Under the pieces are notes generated by a model. The model made no database searches. It saw only the letters and a program-made list of their open reading frames with translations, and was not told where the DNA came from. The position numbers and the translations under genes were made by a program. Below are positions 35,327 through 46,895 of a stretch of DNA of 64,000 nucleotides, piece after piece. The stretch is from Lama guanicoe. Taxonomy: Eukaryota. Positions within the stretch are counted from its first letter, which is position 1; each line of letters starts with the position of its first letter. The stretch is from contig MU053934.1 of NCBI GenBank assembly GCA_013239625.1, positions 9,011,352 through 9,075,351 on the forward strand, read 5' to 3'.

Positions 35327-37732
35327 GCATGCATGTAGTTTTAAGCAGGTTGAGTTCTGAGAGCCATGCAGACACTCAAGAGGCCATGTTGGATGTGTCT
35401 GTCTGGGTTCAGCAGGAAGGGCTTGGCTGGGGCTGTGAATGTGGGCGGGAGTGGGTGGCAAAGAAATGGCGATCAGGGCCACAGGAGGGGAGGAATCGGT
35501 CCAGGAGAGAGAGTGGAAGGAGAAGGGAAGAGAGCCAGGACCAAGCATCCAGGAAGCCAGCCTGGGAAGGGCAGGTGAAGCTGTGGCCAGTGGGACAGGA
35601 GAAGATCCCGGGGAGGGCGGCGTCACAGAAAGGACCCCAAGGAAGGGACTGCTTCGAGGAAGAGAGAGTGGTCGCCGTGCTGACTGGCCTCCCAGTGCGA
35701 GAGGTGGCTTTTTCCTACCTGGTACTCATCCTGTTTCCTGGTTCCCACAACAGGGCGGACAGCTTCAGGCAGGGGCTTGGTTTTCCTTTGATCCAAGTCC
35801 CCACTCACCCCAGGGCCTGGTTCAGGAATAGAATAAAAATGGAAATGTGGAAATATTCTAGTTTTCCCCAGGCAGGTGTGAATCTCTGTTTTCATGAAGT
35901 CAGTCTGCTTCTGGGACTTAAAGGTGGGTAAACGGGTCCCTCAATGGCAGGAGGCTCGTGTCCCCTGCAAGGCAGTCCCATGGCAGCAGATGACTGGGAG
36001 CTAAAATGAAACATCCAGATGTGCTGTTCCACTTGGAAGGGGGAGAAAACCCGGCTGTGCTCCGTGAGGCTTTGTCTGGCCTTTAAACCCTGATCGGTCA
36101 ACGTGAGTGATGCTTTCCAGATGCTCCCGTCTCCCCCAGCCAGGAGTCGGGCCGTCCCGCTGGGCCCCCGCTGTGGGCCTCTCCATCAGTCTGGCCTCCA
36201 GCACAGCCAGACGGTCTTCCTCAGGCCCAGCGTCCACCCGCCTCGCTGTAGCTGTGTGGCTGTGGCCTCGCTTCCTGCTGCAGAGGGGCTGGGCAGATGG
36301 TCCCAAGCACACCTCCAGCTCTAACAATCAACAGTCATGTGCCCCCTGGCCTTGTGATTGCCTCAGACCCAAGATCAGGCATTCGACTCCACAGGCGAGC
36401 AGTAATGAGGCCTTTTATTTGAAAAGGGCCTCGTAACTTTCCAAGACACCACCCCACCTGTTTGTCCCAAGCTGCCCGCCCAGCCCCAGCTCCCTGGGCA
36501 CTGCTGGTGCTGCTCCCCGTCCGGCTGCCCGGATGACCCACTCCTGGTGACGTCAGCCCCACGCCGGCTCCCGCCTCTGAGCTGCTGTCCTGGAACGTGT
36601 TGCATGGACGTGAATCGATGAACAGGCTGCTTCTTTCAGAGTAACTATCTTTCTCGGATTCCAATCCTTGAACAAACTGGTGAGACACCTATGTCAGAAT
36701 TTCCTTTAAACTTTTTATTCGGAATTAATGATAGATTCAAGGGAAGTTGCAAAAAAATAGCACAGAAAGAATTTTCTGCTTCTGGGAAGATGGAGCAGAT
36801 GTAATTTCTCCCTATTCCTTCCACTAAGTACAACTAAAAACTCTGAATATTTTATATAAAACAAATATAAGAAGATTCAGGAAGGCGGAGAGAAGCAGGT
36901 GGGCTGACCAGGGACCTCAGGATCCAAGGAACTGCTCGGTGGTGAGCACCCCACGTTTTCCTTTGCCTCGTGTGTCTTAGACTTGGAGCTGAAGGGCCTG
37001 GCATCTGGAAACGCCAACAGGCAGAGAAAAGCAAAAGCCGACAAAAGCAGATCTCTCTGGCTGAAGACCCGGAGAGGGCAGCCCTGCGAGACGGAAAGCT
37101 GTCAGACGGTAACCGCCCTACTTTAGCTAAAGGCACAGAAGACAGCGCGGCCCCGCCCACACCCACACCAGACGGTGATGAGGCGCCCCAACGTCCCCAC
37201 TGGGCTGTGTCAAGGGAGGCTGGGTGGGGAGCCAGGACTTTCATCCCTGCCAGCTGGTAATGAGGCCCCTCTCCTGTGGTGTCAGCAGAGACACGTGGGG
37301 CGTCCAGACTTCTACCCCAGCCCGGCAGGCACAAGGCATCTCTCCCCTCCGAGGAGGCCTAGCAGAGAGTCAGGGCTTCGACCTTGGCCTGGTGGTAACA
37401 AGGTCACCCTTCTCCCCACCCCATGTCTCCAGGTGAGGAGAAGAAACAGAGCCTTCTACCCCTCCCAGCCAGGAAGCTCTCGGTGGAGGCTTAGCAGGGA
37501 GCCAGAGCTCCCACCCCTACCCGGTGGTAGTGACACATGTCCCCCAGGGCTGTCAGCGAGGCCAGTGGGAAACCAGGACTTCTATCCCCACCTGGCAGTA
37601 ATGAGGCAGAGGCCCCGCCGCCCCTGCCAGAGCGGAGTGAGAAGCAGCCAGCTGAAATAGAAGGTTTAAATATGATCCAGAACCTCACATGTAACATGAG
37701 ATTGTCCAGGTTTCAATTGAAAATCACTCATC

Positions 37733-37877
37733 GGGGGGAGGGGATAGCTCAGCGGTAGAGTGCCTGCTTAGCAGGCACGAGGTCCTGAGTTCAACCCTTA
37801 GCACCTCCATGAAATACACAAACAAACAAACAAACAAATAAACCTAATTACCGCCCGCCCAAAAAGAAAAAAGAAAA
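37733..37877 (+). mobile_element. tRNA-derived SINE (Vic-1-like) nested in L1
   Basis: GGGGGGAGGGGATAGCTCAGCGGTAGAG...GGTCCTGAGTTCAACCC; (CAAA)n; TSD GAAAAT(C/T)ACTCA. Confidence 0.9.
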
Positions 37878-40730
37878 GAAAATTACTCAGCAAACCAAGA
37901 ACCAGATAGATCCTAAACTGAATGAACAAAGATAACAAAGATGATAGATACCAACCCTGAGGTGACAGAGATGTTAGATCATCTGACAAAGATTTCAAAG
38001 CACCCGTGATAAAAACGCTTTAACAAGCAACTGTGAAAATGCTCCAAACAAATGAAAAAATAGAAAGTCTCAGCAAAGACGTAGATTTAAAAAGGAAAGC
38101 ATCTGTGAGCCAGAAGACAGAACAATAGAAATGACTCCATGTGAACTACTGAGAGAAAACAGACTAGAGAAAAAATGAACAGAGTCTTGGGGACCTACGG
38201 GACAAAAGATCTAATGTTTATTACATCAGAGTCCTGGGAGAAGAAGAGAAAGAGAATGGAGCTGAAAGAGTAACTGAGAACTTCCAAAATTTGGCAAAAG
38301 ACATAAATGTACACATTCAAGAAGCTGAGCAAATTTCAAGTATGACGAACCCAAAGAAATCCACACAAAGACACATCGCAGTCAAAATTTCAAATACTAA
38401 AGACAAGGAAAAAAATCTTGAAAGCAACGAGAGAGAAATGACACTTTACCAATAGGAGAAACAATTCAAATTATAGTAGATTTCTCATCAGAAATCATGA
38501 AGGCAGAAGGAAGTAGCATGACTCTAACAAGGGCTGAAAGAAAAAATTCGGAATGCTATACTCAGAGAAAATTTTCTTTAGAAATTAAAGGAAAACCAAG
38601 ACATTATCAGATGAAGGAAAACTAAGAGAAATTTTTGTCGGCAGACCCATCCGAAAAGAAATGCTAAAGAAATTTTTCTTAAAAGAGACAAAACAATAAA
38701 GCAAGGGGCTTTGGAACATCAGGAAAGCAAGCAAAAAATACAGGAAAACACAATAGGCTTTCCTTCTCCTCTTGAGTTTTCTAAATTATGTTTGACTTAG
38801 AAGCAAAAATTATAACACTGTCTGATGTGGTTCTAAACGTATGTAGGGGAAATATTTAAGACAACCATAAATGGAAAGAGTAAAGGAACCTAAAGGGAGA
38901 TGAGATTTCTATACTTCACTCTAACTGGTAAAATGATACCAATAGACTGGTAAGTTATGTATATATAATGCAATACCTAGAACAGCTACTGAAATGCTTA
39001 GACAAAACAGTATGTTAAGAAAAAAACTATAGACAAATAAAAATGGAGTTCTAAAAAATGTTCAGTTAACCCACAAAATGACAGGAAAAGAAAACAGAAA
39101 AACAAAAATAGAGCAAATATAAAACAAAAAACAAAAATGGCAGACTTAAGCCCTAACATTTTAATAATTACATTAAATATAAATGGTCATTTACCATTTA
39201 AGGAAAATTAAGAGACAAAAATTGGCAATGAGAAAAAGGAAATAGGCAGAGTGAATTTTTAAAATGACCCACCTACGTGCCATCTACAAGAAACCCACCT
39301 GCAATAACTAAGGCAGCTTGAAAGCAAAAGGGTAGAAAAGATACATCATGCAAATATTAATAAGAAAAGCACATGGGTATATTAATATCAGATGAAGGAG
39401 ACTTCAGAGCAGTGTAAATTACCAGAGATAGAGCTTATCTGATGATAAAAGGACAAAGCCACTAATAAGACATATCAATCCTAAATGTGTATGCATCAAG
39501 GAACAGAGCTGCAAAATATGTGAAACAAAAAGTGATAGAAGAATGGAAAAATAGATAAATCTGTAATGACATGAAGATTTCAAAATTCATCTCTCAACAA
39601 TTGATAGAACTAGACAGAATCTTAGTGAAAATACAGAATTCAACAGTACTATCAACTAACAGAATCTAAACAACATTTAGAGAATGCCCCACGCAACAAT
39701 AGCAGAACACACGTTATTTTAGCTGCCAAGAAATGTATACCAAGGTAGATTATATCCTGGGTCAAAACGTAAACTTCAAAAAATTAAAAGAATTGAAATT
39801 ATTCGGTGTGTTCTCTAACCACAATGGAAGCCAACTAGAAGTTAATAACAAAAAGATAACAGGAAGATCTCCAAACACTTGGAGACTAAACCACACACTT
39901 CTAAATAATTGATGGGTCAACAAGAAAGTCTCAAGGGAGAAAAAAAAAAGTATACTGGACTGAATTACAATGAAAATACAATGTATCAAAATTTGTGAGA
40001 ACAGCTAAGGCAGTGCTGAGAGGAAAATTCATAGCACTAAATTCATATGTTAGAAAACAGGGAAAGTGTTAGATCAATAATCTAAGATTTCACCTCAAGA
40101 GTCTGTAAGAGGGAGAGCAAGAAACCCCAAAGCAAGCAGAAGGGAGAAAATATTAAAGAGCAGAAATTAATTAAATTGAAAATAGGAGACAGTAGAGAGA
40201 ATCTGTGAAACAAAGAGCTGATTCTTTGAAATGATAAAACTGACAAACCTAGCAAGACTGACAGATTTTGAAAAGAATGTATGAGTCACCAAAACCTGGA
40301 ATGAGGTAGGGCATATCACTACAGACCCTGTAGACCTCTGAAGGATAGAAAGGGAATTCTGTGAGCAACTCTACACATAAACTTGCCACACTAGATGAAA
40401 AGGGGCATCTTCTCAAAAAACTCATACTATCACAACTAATATGAAATAATTTGAACAGCCTATCACTATTCAGGAAATTGGATTTGTGGGTTTAAAACTC
40501 CTAAAAAAAGAAGCCTCTAGACCCAGACTATTTTACTGAAAAATTCTACCAAGTATTTAAAGAACAATTAATATTAATATTAATTCTATGCCATCTCTTC
40601 CAGAAAACAGAAGGAGGAGTGCTTCCTAATTCATTTTATGAAGTTAGTGTTTTCTTGATATCAAAACGGGATAAAACAGTACAATAAAAAATGAAATAAA
40701 AAACTACAGACCAATATCTCTTTTTAAAAT

Positions 40731-40980
40731 TGTTTTTTATTGAGGTACAGTCAGTTTACAATGCTGTGCCAATTTTTGGTGTACAGCACAATTCTTCAGT
40801 CATACATGAATATACATATATTTATTTTCATATTCTTTTTCATCATAAGCTACTACAAGATATTGAATGTATTTCCCTGTGCTATACAGTATTAACTGTT
40901 TTATCTATTTTATATATACACCAGTCCGTATCTGCAAATCTTGAACTCCCAGTTTATCCCTTCCAACCCTCCTCCCTCCG
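40731..40980 (-). mobile_element. Young L1 3' end nested antisense in the older L1
   Basis: TTTTTTATTGAGGTACAGTCAGTTTACAATG...TCTGCAAATCTTGAACTCCCAGTTTATCCCTTCC; CCAATATC repeated at 40711 and 40981. Confidence 0.85.
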
Positions 40981-41043
40981 CCAATATCGTTTATGAATAA
41001 AGATTGAAAAACCTTAACAAAAATACTAGTAAGTAGAATTTAA

Positions 41044-41232
41044 CTATTATATATAAAATAGATAATCAGCAAGTTTATACTGTATAGCACCAGGGAACTA
41101 GATTCAATATCTTATAGTAATTTACAATGAAAAAGAATATGAAAGGAATATATATGTATGAGTAAAATATGTTGTACACCAGAAACTGACACAACACTGT
41201 AGACTGACTGCACTCCAACAAAAAAAAGAAGA
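41044..41232 (+). mobile_element. Young L1 3' end with perfect 25-bp TSD
   Basis: TACTGTATAGCACCAGGGAACTA...GTACACCAGAAACTGACACAACACTGTAGACTGACT plus A tail; TSD AAAAATACTAGTAAGTAGAATTTAA at 41019-41043 and 41233-41257. Confidence 0.88.
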
Positions 41233-42099
41233 AAAAATACTAGTAAGTAGAATTTAATGATGTATGAAAAGAATTACACACTGTGACCTAAGTCTCACAT
41301 CTGTTAAAAAGTTAACTCAAAATGGATAACAAACTTAAATGTAAAGCGTGAAACTTAAATCATGGGAGAAAATCTTTGGGATCTAAGGCTAGGCAGAGAG
41401 TTCTCAGACTTGACACCAAAGACATTATCCAGAAAAGGAAAAATTCATAAATTTGACTCAATAGAATTTTAAAATTTTGCTCTGTGAAAAACTCTGTTAA
41501 AAAGAAGAAAAGATGAGCTAAAGACTGGAAGAAAATTTGCAAGCCACATATCCAACAAAGGACTAGTATCTTGAATCTATCAAGAATTCTCAAAACTCAA
41601 CAATTAAAAAAAAAAACAAAAACCCAATGAAACAACTGAATTAGAAAATGGAAAAAAAAACATAAAGAGACATTTCACCAAAGAAAATATATAGATGACA
41701 AATGAAAACATGAAAAGATGGACAACATCTTTAGCCGCAAGGAAAATGCAAATTAAAAACATTGTGGGATGTTTTACTACACACCTATCAAAATGGCTAA
41801 AATAAAAAATAGAGACAACACCAGATTCTGATGAGGATGTGGATAAACTGGCTCATTCACACATTGCTGATGGGAATGTCAAATGGTACAGCCGTTTTAG
41901 AAAACAATTAAGCAGTTTCCTAAAAAATTAGTCAACTACCACGTGCTCCAGCAATTGTCTTCCTGGGTATTTATCCCAGAGAAATGAAGACTTATGTTCA
42001 CACAAAAGCCTGTACACCAGTGTTTAGAGCACTTTTACTTTTAATGGCCAAAACCCAGAAACGGCCATGATATTCTCCAGAATTCACTGAGCATTCTCA

Positions 42100-43040
42100 C
42101 TGTCCGTCTGTGTGAATGACCTTTATCAGGATGAGGAGCTCCTTTCCATTCTTAGTTTTCTGAGACTTTTTTTTAAATCATAAATGGATGTTGAATTTGT
42201 TAAATTTTTTTCTTTATATATACAGAAATGATTATATGATTTATGTCAATGTAGTGAACTACATTGATTAATTTTTTATTGAAGTATAGTTTGTTTACAA
42301 TGTTGTGTTAATTTCTGATGTACAGCATAGAGATTCAGCTATACATACATGTATTCCTTTTTGTTTTTTTTCATTATAGGCTATTACAAGGTATTGAACA
42401 TAGTTCCCTCTGCTGTACAGGAGGTCCTTGTTGTTTATCTATTTTATACATAGAACTCCCACTTTATCCCTCCACCCCTCACCTTCCCCACTGATAACCA
42501 TAAGTTTGTTTTCTATGTTGGTTGTCTGTTTCTATTTTGTAAATAAGTTCATTTGTGTCTTTTTTTAGATTCCACATATAAGTGATGTCATATGATATTT
42601 GTCTTTCTCTGTCTGGCTTAGTTCACATAGTATGATGATCTCTAGGTCCATCCATGTTGCTGCAAGTGGCATTATTTTATTCCTTTTTATGGCTAAGTAG
42701 TATTCCATTGTATACATACCATATCTTTATCCAATATTAATTCTTCAATGTTAACCCTACTCTTTATTTATGTGATAATTCCAACTTGGTCATGATGCAT
42801 TTTCCTTTCTACATCTTACTAGGTTTGATTTGATAGTATCTTGTTAAGGATTTTTTGTGTCTATCCTCATGAGGATGCTGAGCTGTAATTTCCTTTTCTT
42901 GTAGTATCCTTGTCTGGTTTTGGTACGAGAGCAATGCTAGCCTTCTAAAATGGGTTGAGAAGTATTCCCTCTATTTCTATTCTCTAAAGGAGTTTGTGTA
43001 AAATTGATATTGTTTTTTCCTTAAATGTTTAATATAATTC
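42100..43040 (-). mobile_element. Old L1 ORF2 fragment (antisense), interrupted by a younger L1 3' end at 42272-42733
   Basis: AAATCATAAATGGATGTTGAATTTG, TTGTTAAGGATTTTTTGTGTCTAT, ATCCTTGTCTGGTTTTGGTA; nested TTTTATTGAAGTATAGTT...GATTCCACATATAAGTGATG. Confidence 0.8.
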
Positions 43041-43136
43041 ACTTACTAAGTTGAATCTTCCCTTTAACCCTCAATCCCTCTGCCAATATGGTAGGTACTT
43101 AGTACATGTGGAATGAATACATTTGTGCTTCTAGAC

Positions 43137-43311
43137 CAAGGGTTACAAATTCAAACAGTTTCAAGACTGGGCCAGTAACATAAATAGGTGAAAACACCTG
43201 TGAACAATAGGGAGCAGTGGGGTCTGTGGCTAAAGAGCAAAGCATTTACAGTCAAACTTTAAAAAACTTATGTGTGAATCTTGCCTGCAGACCTTTGGTT
43301 TGCAACCCTTA
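43137..43311. mobile_element. MER45-like hAT MITE
   Basis: Terminal inverted repeats CAAGGGTTACAAA ... TTTGCAACCCTTA; internal GGGCCAGTAACATAAATAGGTGAA. Confidence 0.6.
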
Positions 43312-46300
43312 TAAAGCAATTCTGAGTCCATGTTTTCTTAAGACACAGAAAAGATGTTAGAGAACAGTGTCTGAGGCCTATCATATGTAGAAATGTATAT
43401 ATGTGGCTCTGTTTGTTGCTCTCCTTGCATCAGTTCACCCTCCTCCCCTGCCTCATTTCTCTTTTCTCTCTCACGTTTACAACCCTGAGATCGCAAGCTT
43501 CCGGGAAAGCATCAGTATGCTCAGGAAGAAAGTTGGGGGAGGGGAGAGTCATGATGTCATACAGCCATTGCCTGGCCAAGTCCTAGGTACTTATCTAAAG
43601 GGAGAGGCAGATAAGAAATGCCTGGTGATGTTATCAGTCCAGGTGCAGTCAGGCTTCGTGCTGGCAGTGCACAGTCTCGGGGCAGCATTTCCTGGCTAGC
43701 CGGCCAGACGTGTGCATGTGCTGGAATTCTCTCTGGGGTTGCCTTGATGCCTTCGCTTATACCCCCCAGTGCTTGGGGAGCAGATTCATTGAAAAGAGTT
43801 CATAGTACTTGTAGTCATTCATGCTGGGATGCTGGAGCCCTTCTCCCCTGTCTCTTCATCTTCTGAGCTGCACTCCTGGAAAGGGTCAATTGGCAGATTT
43901 GACAACGTGTTCGTCCTGGGTGGGGCCGTGTGCTGAGTGCCCAGGGCTGAGTTGGACATAGTCCTGCCCGAGAAACTCAGGACTGCACACCATCAACATA
44001 ATGACTAAAGACCATCAAAGAGAAACATTATGAAATAAACTCCTGCTCTGTTTCGAAAGGCAAGGAAATGTGTTCTGCATTTTGGAAATCTTTCCATTCA
44101 ACTGTCAAAATAAAGAAGCAAAGGCTTGCTGCTCAGAGGGATAAACTTTAAAACTGGGGGAAAATCTCTCACAGGGAGCTGGCTCTTTTCCAAACCCACT
44201 TGATCAATGAGTGGTTACTGCTGTGGTGTTTTTAAAGGGGAATTAAAATGTTGTTCTATTAGAGCACAGAAGGTCAGAACGAACATGGCCCCTCATTTTC
44301 AGGCTTCGTGATGACTTCACTGTTTAAAACAAAAATTTTTTTTTTGGATCAGCTCTAAAGTCTTGTGAATTCTTTATAACTCTGAACAAATTCTTACTTG
44401 TTTCTCTAAAATAGATCTCGTATCTTTATGGGCTGTTTCATTTTTCCATTGAAGTTTGAAAAATATATTTTGAATTTTCCCTGGCTTCAGGATGAAGTCA
44501 TAAGACCTCAGAATTGCCAACAGATGCTATCTTGCTAGAACATGAGTGTGTGGGGAAGTTTTATGAAAGTGATTTTCGTGTGTAGAAAAAGATTAGGCAT
44601 GTATAAAACCTGCCATAAAAAGTATGCACATTCTCCGGGGAATGTCTCAGATTTGATTTCAGGGTTCACTCTTGCGTAGATAACGATGGTCTTTAATTTA
44701 TACACTTCTTTGGCAGTGAGGAGGGCTTGTTTTTGTGTGTGTGTTTGGCCTGCGTCTCCACTGTGATTCTAAATTGTCAAAATTTAAACCTGGAAAACTG
44801 GTATTTGAGATTAGGCATAAAATTATGAGATCATATACCCCTAAGATTGTTCATGCATCTTGGATAATCTCAGCTCCAATGTTCTTTTACGCCAATAATG
44901 ACCACGGACTGGGAGCAGTGCAGGTTGTTAAAAGTGCTTGCCAAACTTACTTCTAAAGCTTAACCCCGTCAGGGGGAGAAGAAAAGAAACAGCATTACGG
45001 CACAGTGGCTTGAAAGCAGTCTGCCCCATGGTTGGCCCCCGGATGTTTCTCATCGAGTATCTTCCCCAAGGGCAGGCCTGGGACTCATTCATTTCTCCAT
45101 TTTCAGTCCTTAGCTCAAAGTCAGACGGCGTTAGATGCTTAGTAGGTATCAGCTGATAATGTTTGATATTAAGAGATGTGTTAACTGGACGGGTCTTCAG
45201 GAGGCGGGCCCGTGCCTCAGGACAAAGGATGCTGTATTGCCTTTCACTCCCAAGATGGACTTTTGGAACTTGGAGCAGAGGCTGTGCCTTGAAATCCAAG
45301 GAGCTGCTTTGCTTGGAGGGAGAGACTTCAGAGAGGGCAGAAGAGAGCTCTGACGCTGGCGAGTTCCTGGGTGGGGCCTGTGCCCTGCTCCCCGGCCCTC
45401 CCTCAGAACCTGGGGGGGCAGTGGAGTCCCAAGAGGCATCCTGAGGTGGGGGGACTTCCCCTCTCGGAGGCCCTGGGCTGTGGGGGTAGGTCGCCTCCTG
45501 GAGGTCGGTGCAGAGAGGACTTGCTGGTGGCTTCTGTCTGGAACAGCCTTCTCTCTTCCCCAAGTGGCTGCCACCTGTTCTTCATCTCCAGTCAGATGTC
45601 ACTCTCTGGGATGACCACCCTGCCCCCTAGTCTGGGTTACCTTCCTCTTCTCCTCTGGGTCTCCTTGTTCCCCGTGCGTCTGTCGTAAACCAATCACATG
45701 GTGTCACAGTCCTCGGTGTCATTCATAGCCTGTGGGCTCCTTTGGGAGGGACCACGTCTCCAGGGATCATGGTGTCTCTGTGATCAGAACAGGGTGTGCC
45801 CCTCCCTCTGCTCACCCCAATTTATCATCAAGGTTCTACTGAAGAGCATGTATTCTCCCCACTCCCACCCCCGGCTGCTTTAAATACTTTTCTTTGTTTT
45901 TCAAAAGTGTGACTATACTGGGCTTAGAATGTGGTTTTCTTTGTGTTTACCCTGTTTGAGTTCATTTTCCTTGTGGTGTACTCTGTCTCATCTGCTGTTG
46001 AAACTTTCCCTTGAATTCTTCTTATTTCAGTTCTAAGATGTCAGTTCGGTTATTTGGTTCTTTTTCTCTAAAGATTCTCGTTTCCAGTTGAAAATCTACC
46101 TTTTGGTATTTTGCCTAAGTTCTCCTTTAGTTTCTTGGACATATAAATCATTATTATTTTAAATTTCTTATCAGCTAACTTCAGTATCTGGATCAACGGT
46201 GCTTATGTATCCTTTCCCTGTCTTTTCTGTTCATTGCTTGTCATATTTTCTTCACTATCTTCATGCCTAGTAATTTTAGTGGAATGCTAGACATTGTGTG

Positions 46301-46411
46301 CAGAAAGCAAGGAGGCGCCAGGAGACTTTATCTCTCCTGGGGATGGTTCCTCCTCACCTGTTAAAAAATATTCCTGCTTATGTGAAAAAAGCTAAGTACA
46401 AAGCTGTTCCT

Positions 46412-46586
46412 GGAGGGAGCAGCCAAGAAGGCAGAGCAGGACACTCGTAGCTTACCTTCTCCCACGAATACACCAAAAGAGACATCCATGGACCCACCCA
46501 TTCACTCAGAACACCACTGAACTTGGACAGAACATTGCCTTCTTCAAAAGACAAAATTCCTCACAAATCTGGCAGGAAAAAAAAAA
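46412..46586 (+). mobile_element. L1 extreme 5'UTR fragment ending in an A tract
   Basis: GGAGGGAGCAGCCAAGAAGGCAGAG (decayed CAAGATGGCG YY1 start)...ACCTTCTCCCACGAATACA...CAGAACACCACTGAAC...GGCAGG followed by A10. Confidence 0.6.
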
Positions 46587-46608
46587 CCCAACTGTCCCTA
46601 TTGGAAGA

Positions 46609-46895
46609 GGGAGAGGGTATAGCTCAGAGGGGGAGGGGATAGCTCAGNNNNNNNNNNNNNNNNNNNNNNNNNNNNNNNNNNNNNNNNNNNNNNNNNNNNN
46701 NNNNNNNNNNNNNNNNNNNNNNNNNNNNNNNNNNNAGGGTATAGCTCAGAGGGGGAGGGTATAGCTCAGTGGGGGAGGGTATAGCTCAGAGGGGGAGGGG
46801 ATAGCTCAGTGGGGGAGGGTGTGCTCAGGGTGCAGGAGGTCCTGGCTTCAGTTCCCAGTGCCCCTGTTAAGGGGAAAAAAAAGTAGAAAAAAGAA
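46609..46895 (+). repeat. tRNA-derived SINE whose 20-bp head is tandemly amplified
   Basis: Units GGGGGAGGG(T/G)ATAGCTCAG(A/T) at 46609, 46629, (gap), partial 46736, 46751, 46771 and 46791, then the SINE body GAGGTCCTGGCTTCAGTTCCCAGTGCCCC and an A tail. Confidence 0.9.
46648..46735. other. Assembly gap (88 N)
   Basis: Run of N inside a G-rich tandem repeat. Confidence 1.

Larger units (their letters stand above)
36775..42070 (+). mobile_element. Old near-full-length L1 (5'UTR, decayed ORF1 and ORF2), RT core deleted, with nested insertions
   Basis: 5' CTTCTGGGAAGATGG; ORF1-like remnants ~38100-38700; ORF2 endonuclease start MADLSPNILIITLNING at 39137; FSNHNGSQLE-like and CTACAGACCAATATC motifs; 3' ATCCCAGAGAAATGAAGACTTATGTTCACACAAAA. 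Many stops and frameshifts. Confidence 0.88.

Noticed and set aside
37733..37810. tRNA gene
   Set aside because: tRNA-like A/B boxes are followed by a SINE linker, A tail and TSD, so this is a SINE; the same applies to the other copies.
39137..42070. Functional L1 ORF2
   Set aside because: Many stops and frameshifts, nested insertions and a missing RT core.
46609..46810. Tandem repeat as a CRISPR-like array
   Set aside because: Units are contiguous with no unique spacers, derive from a SINE head, and the context is mammalian.
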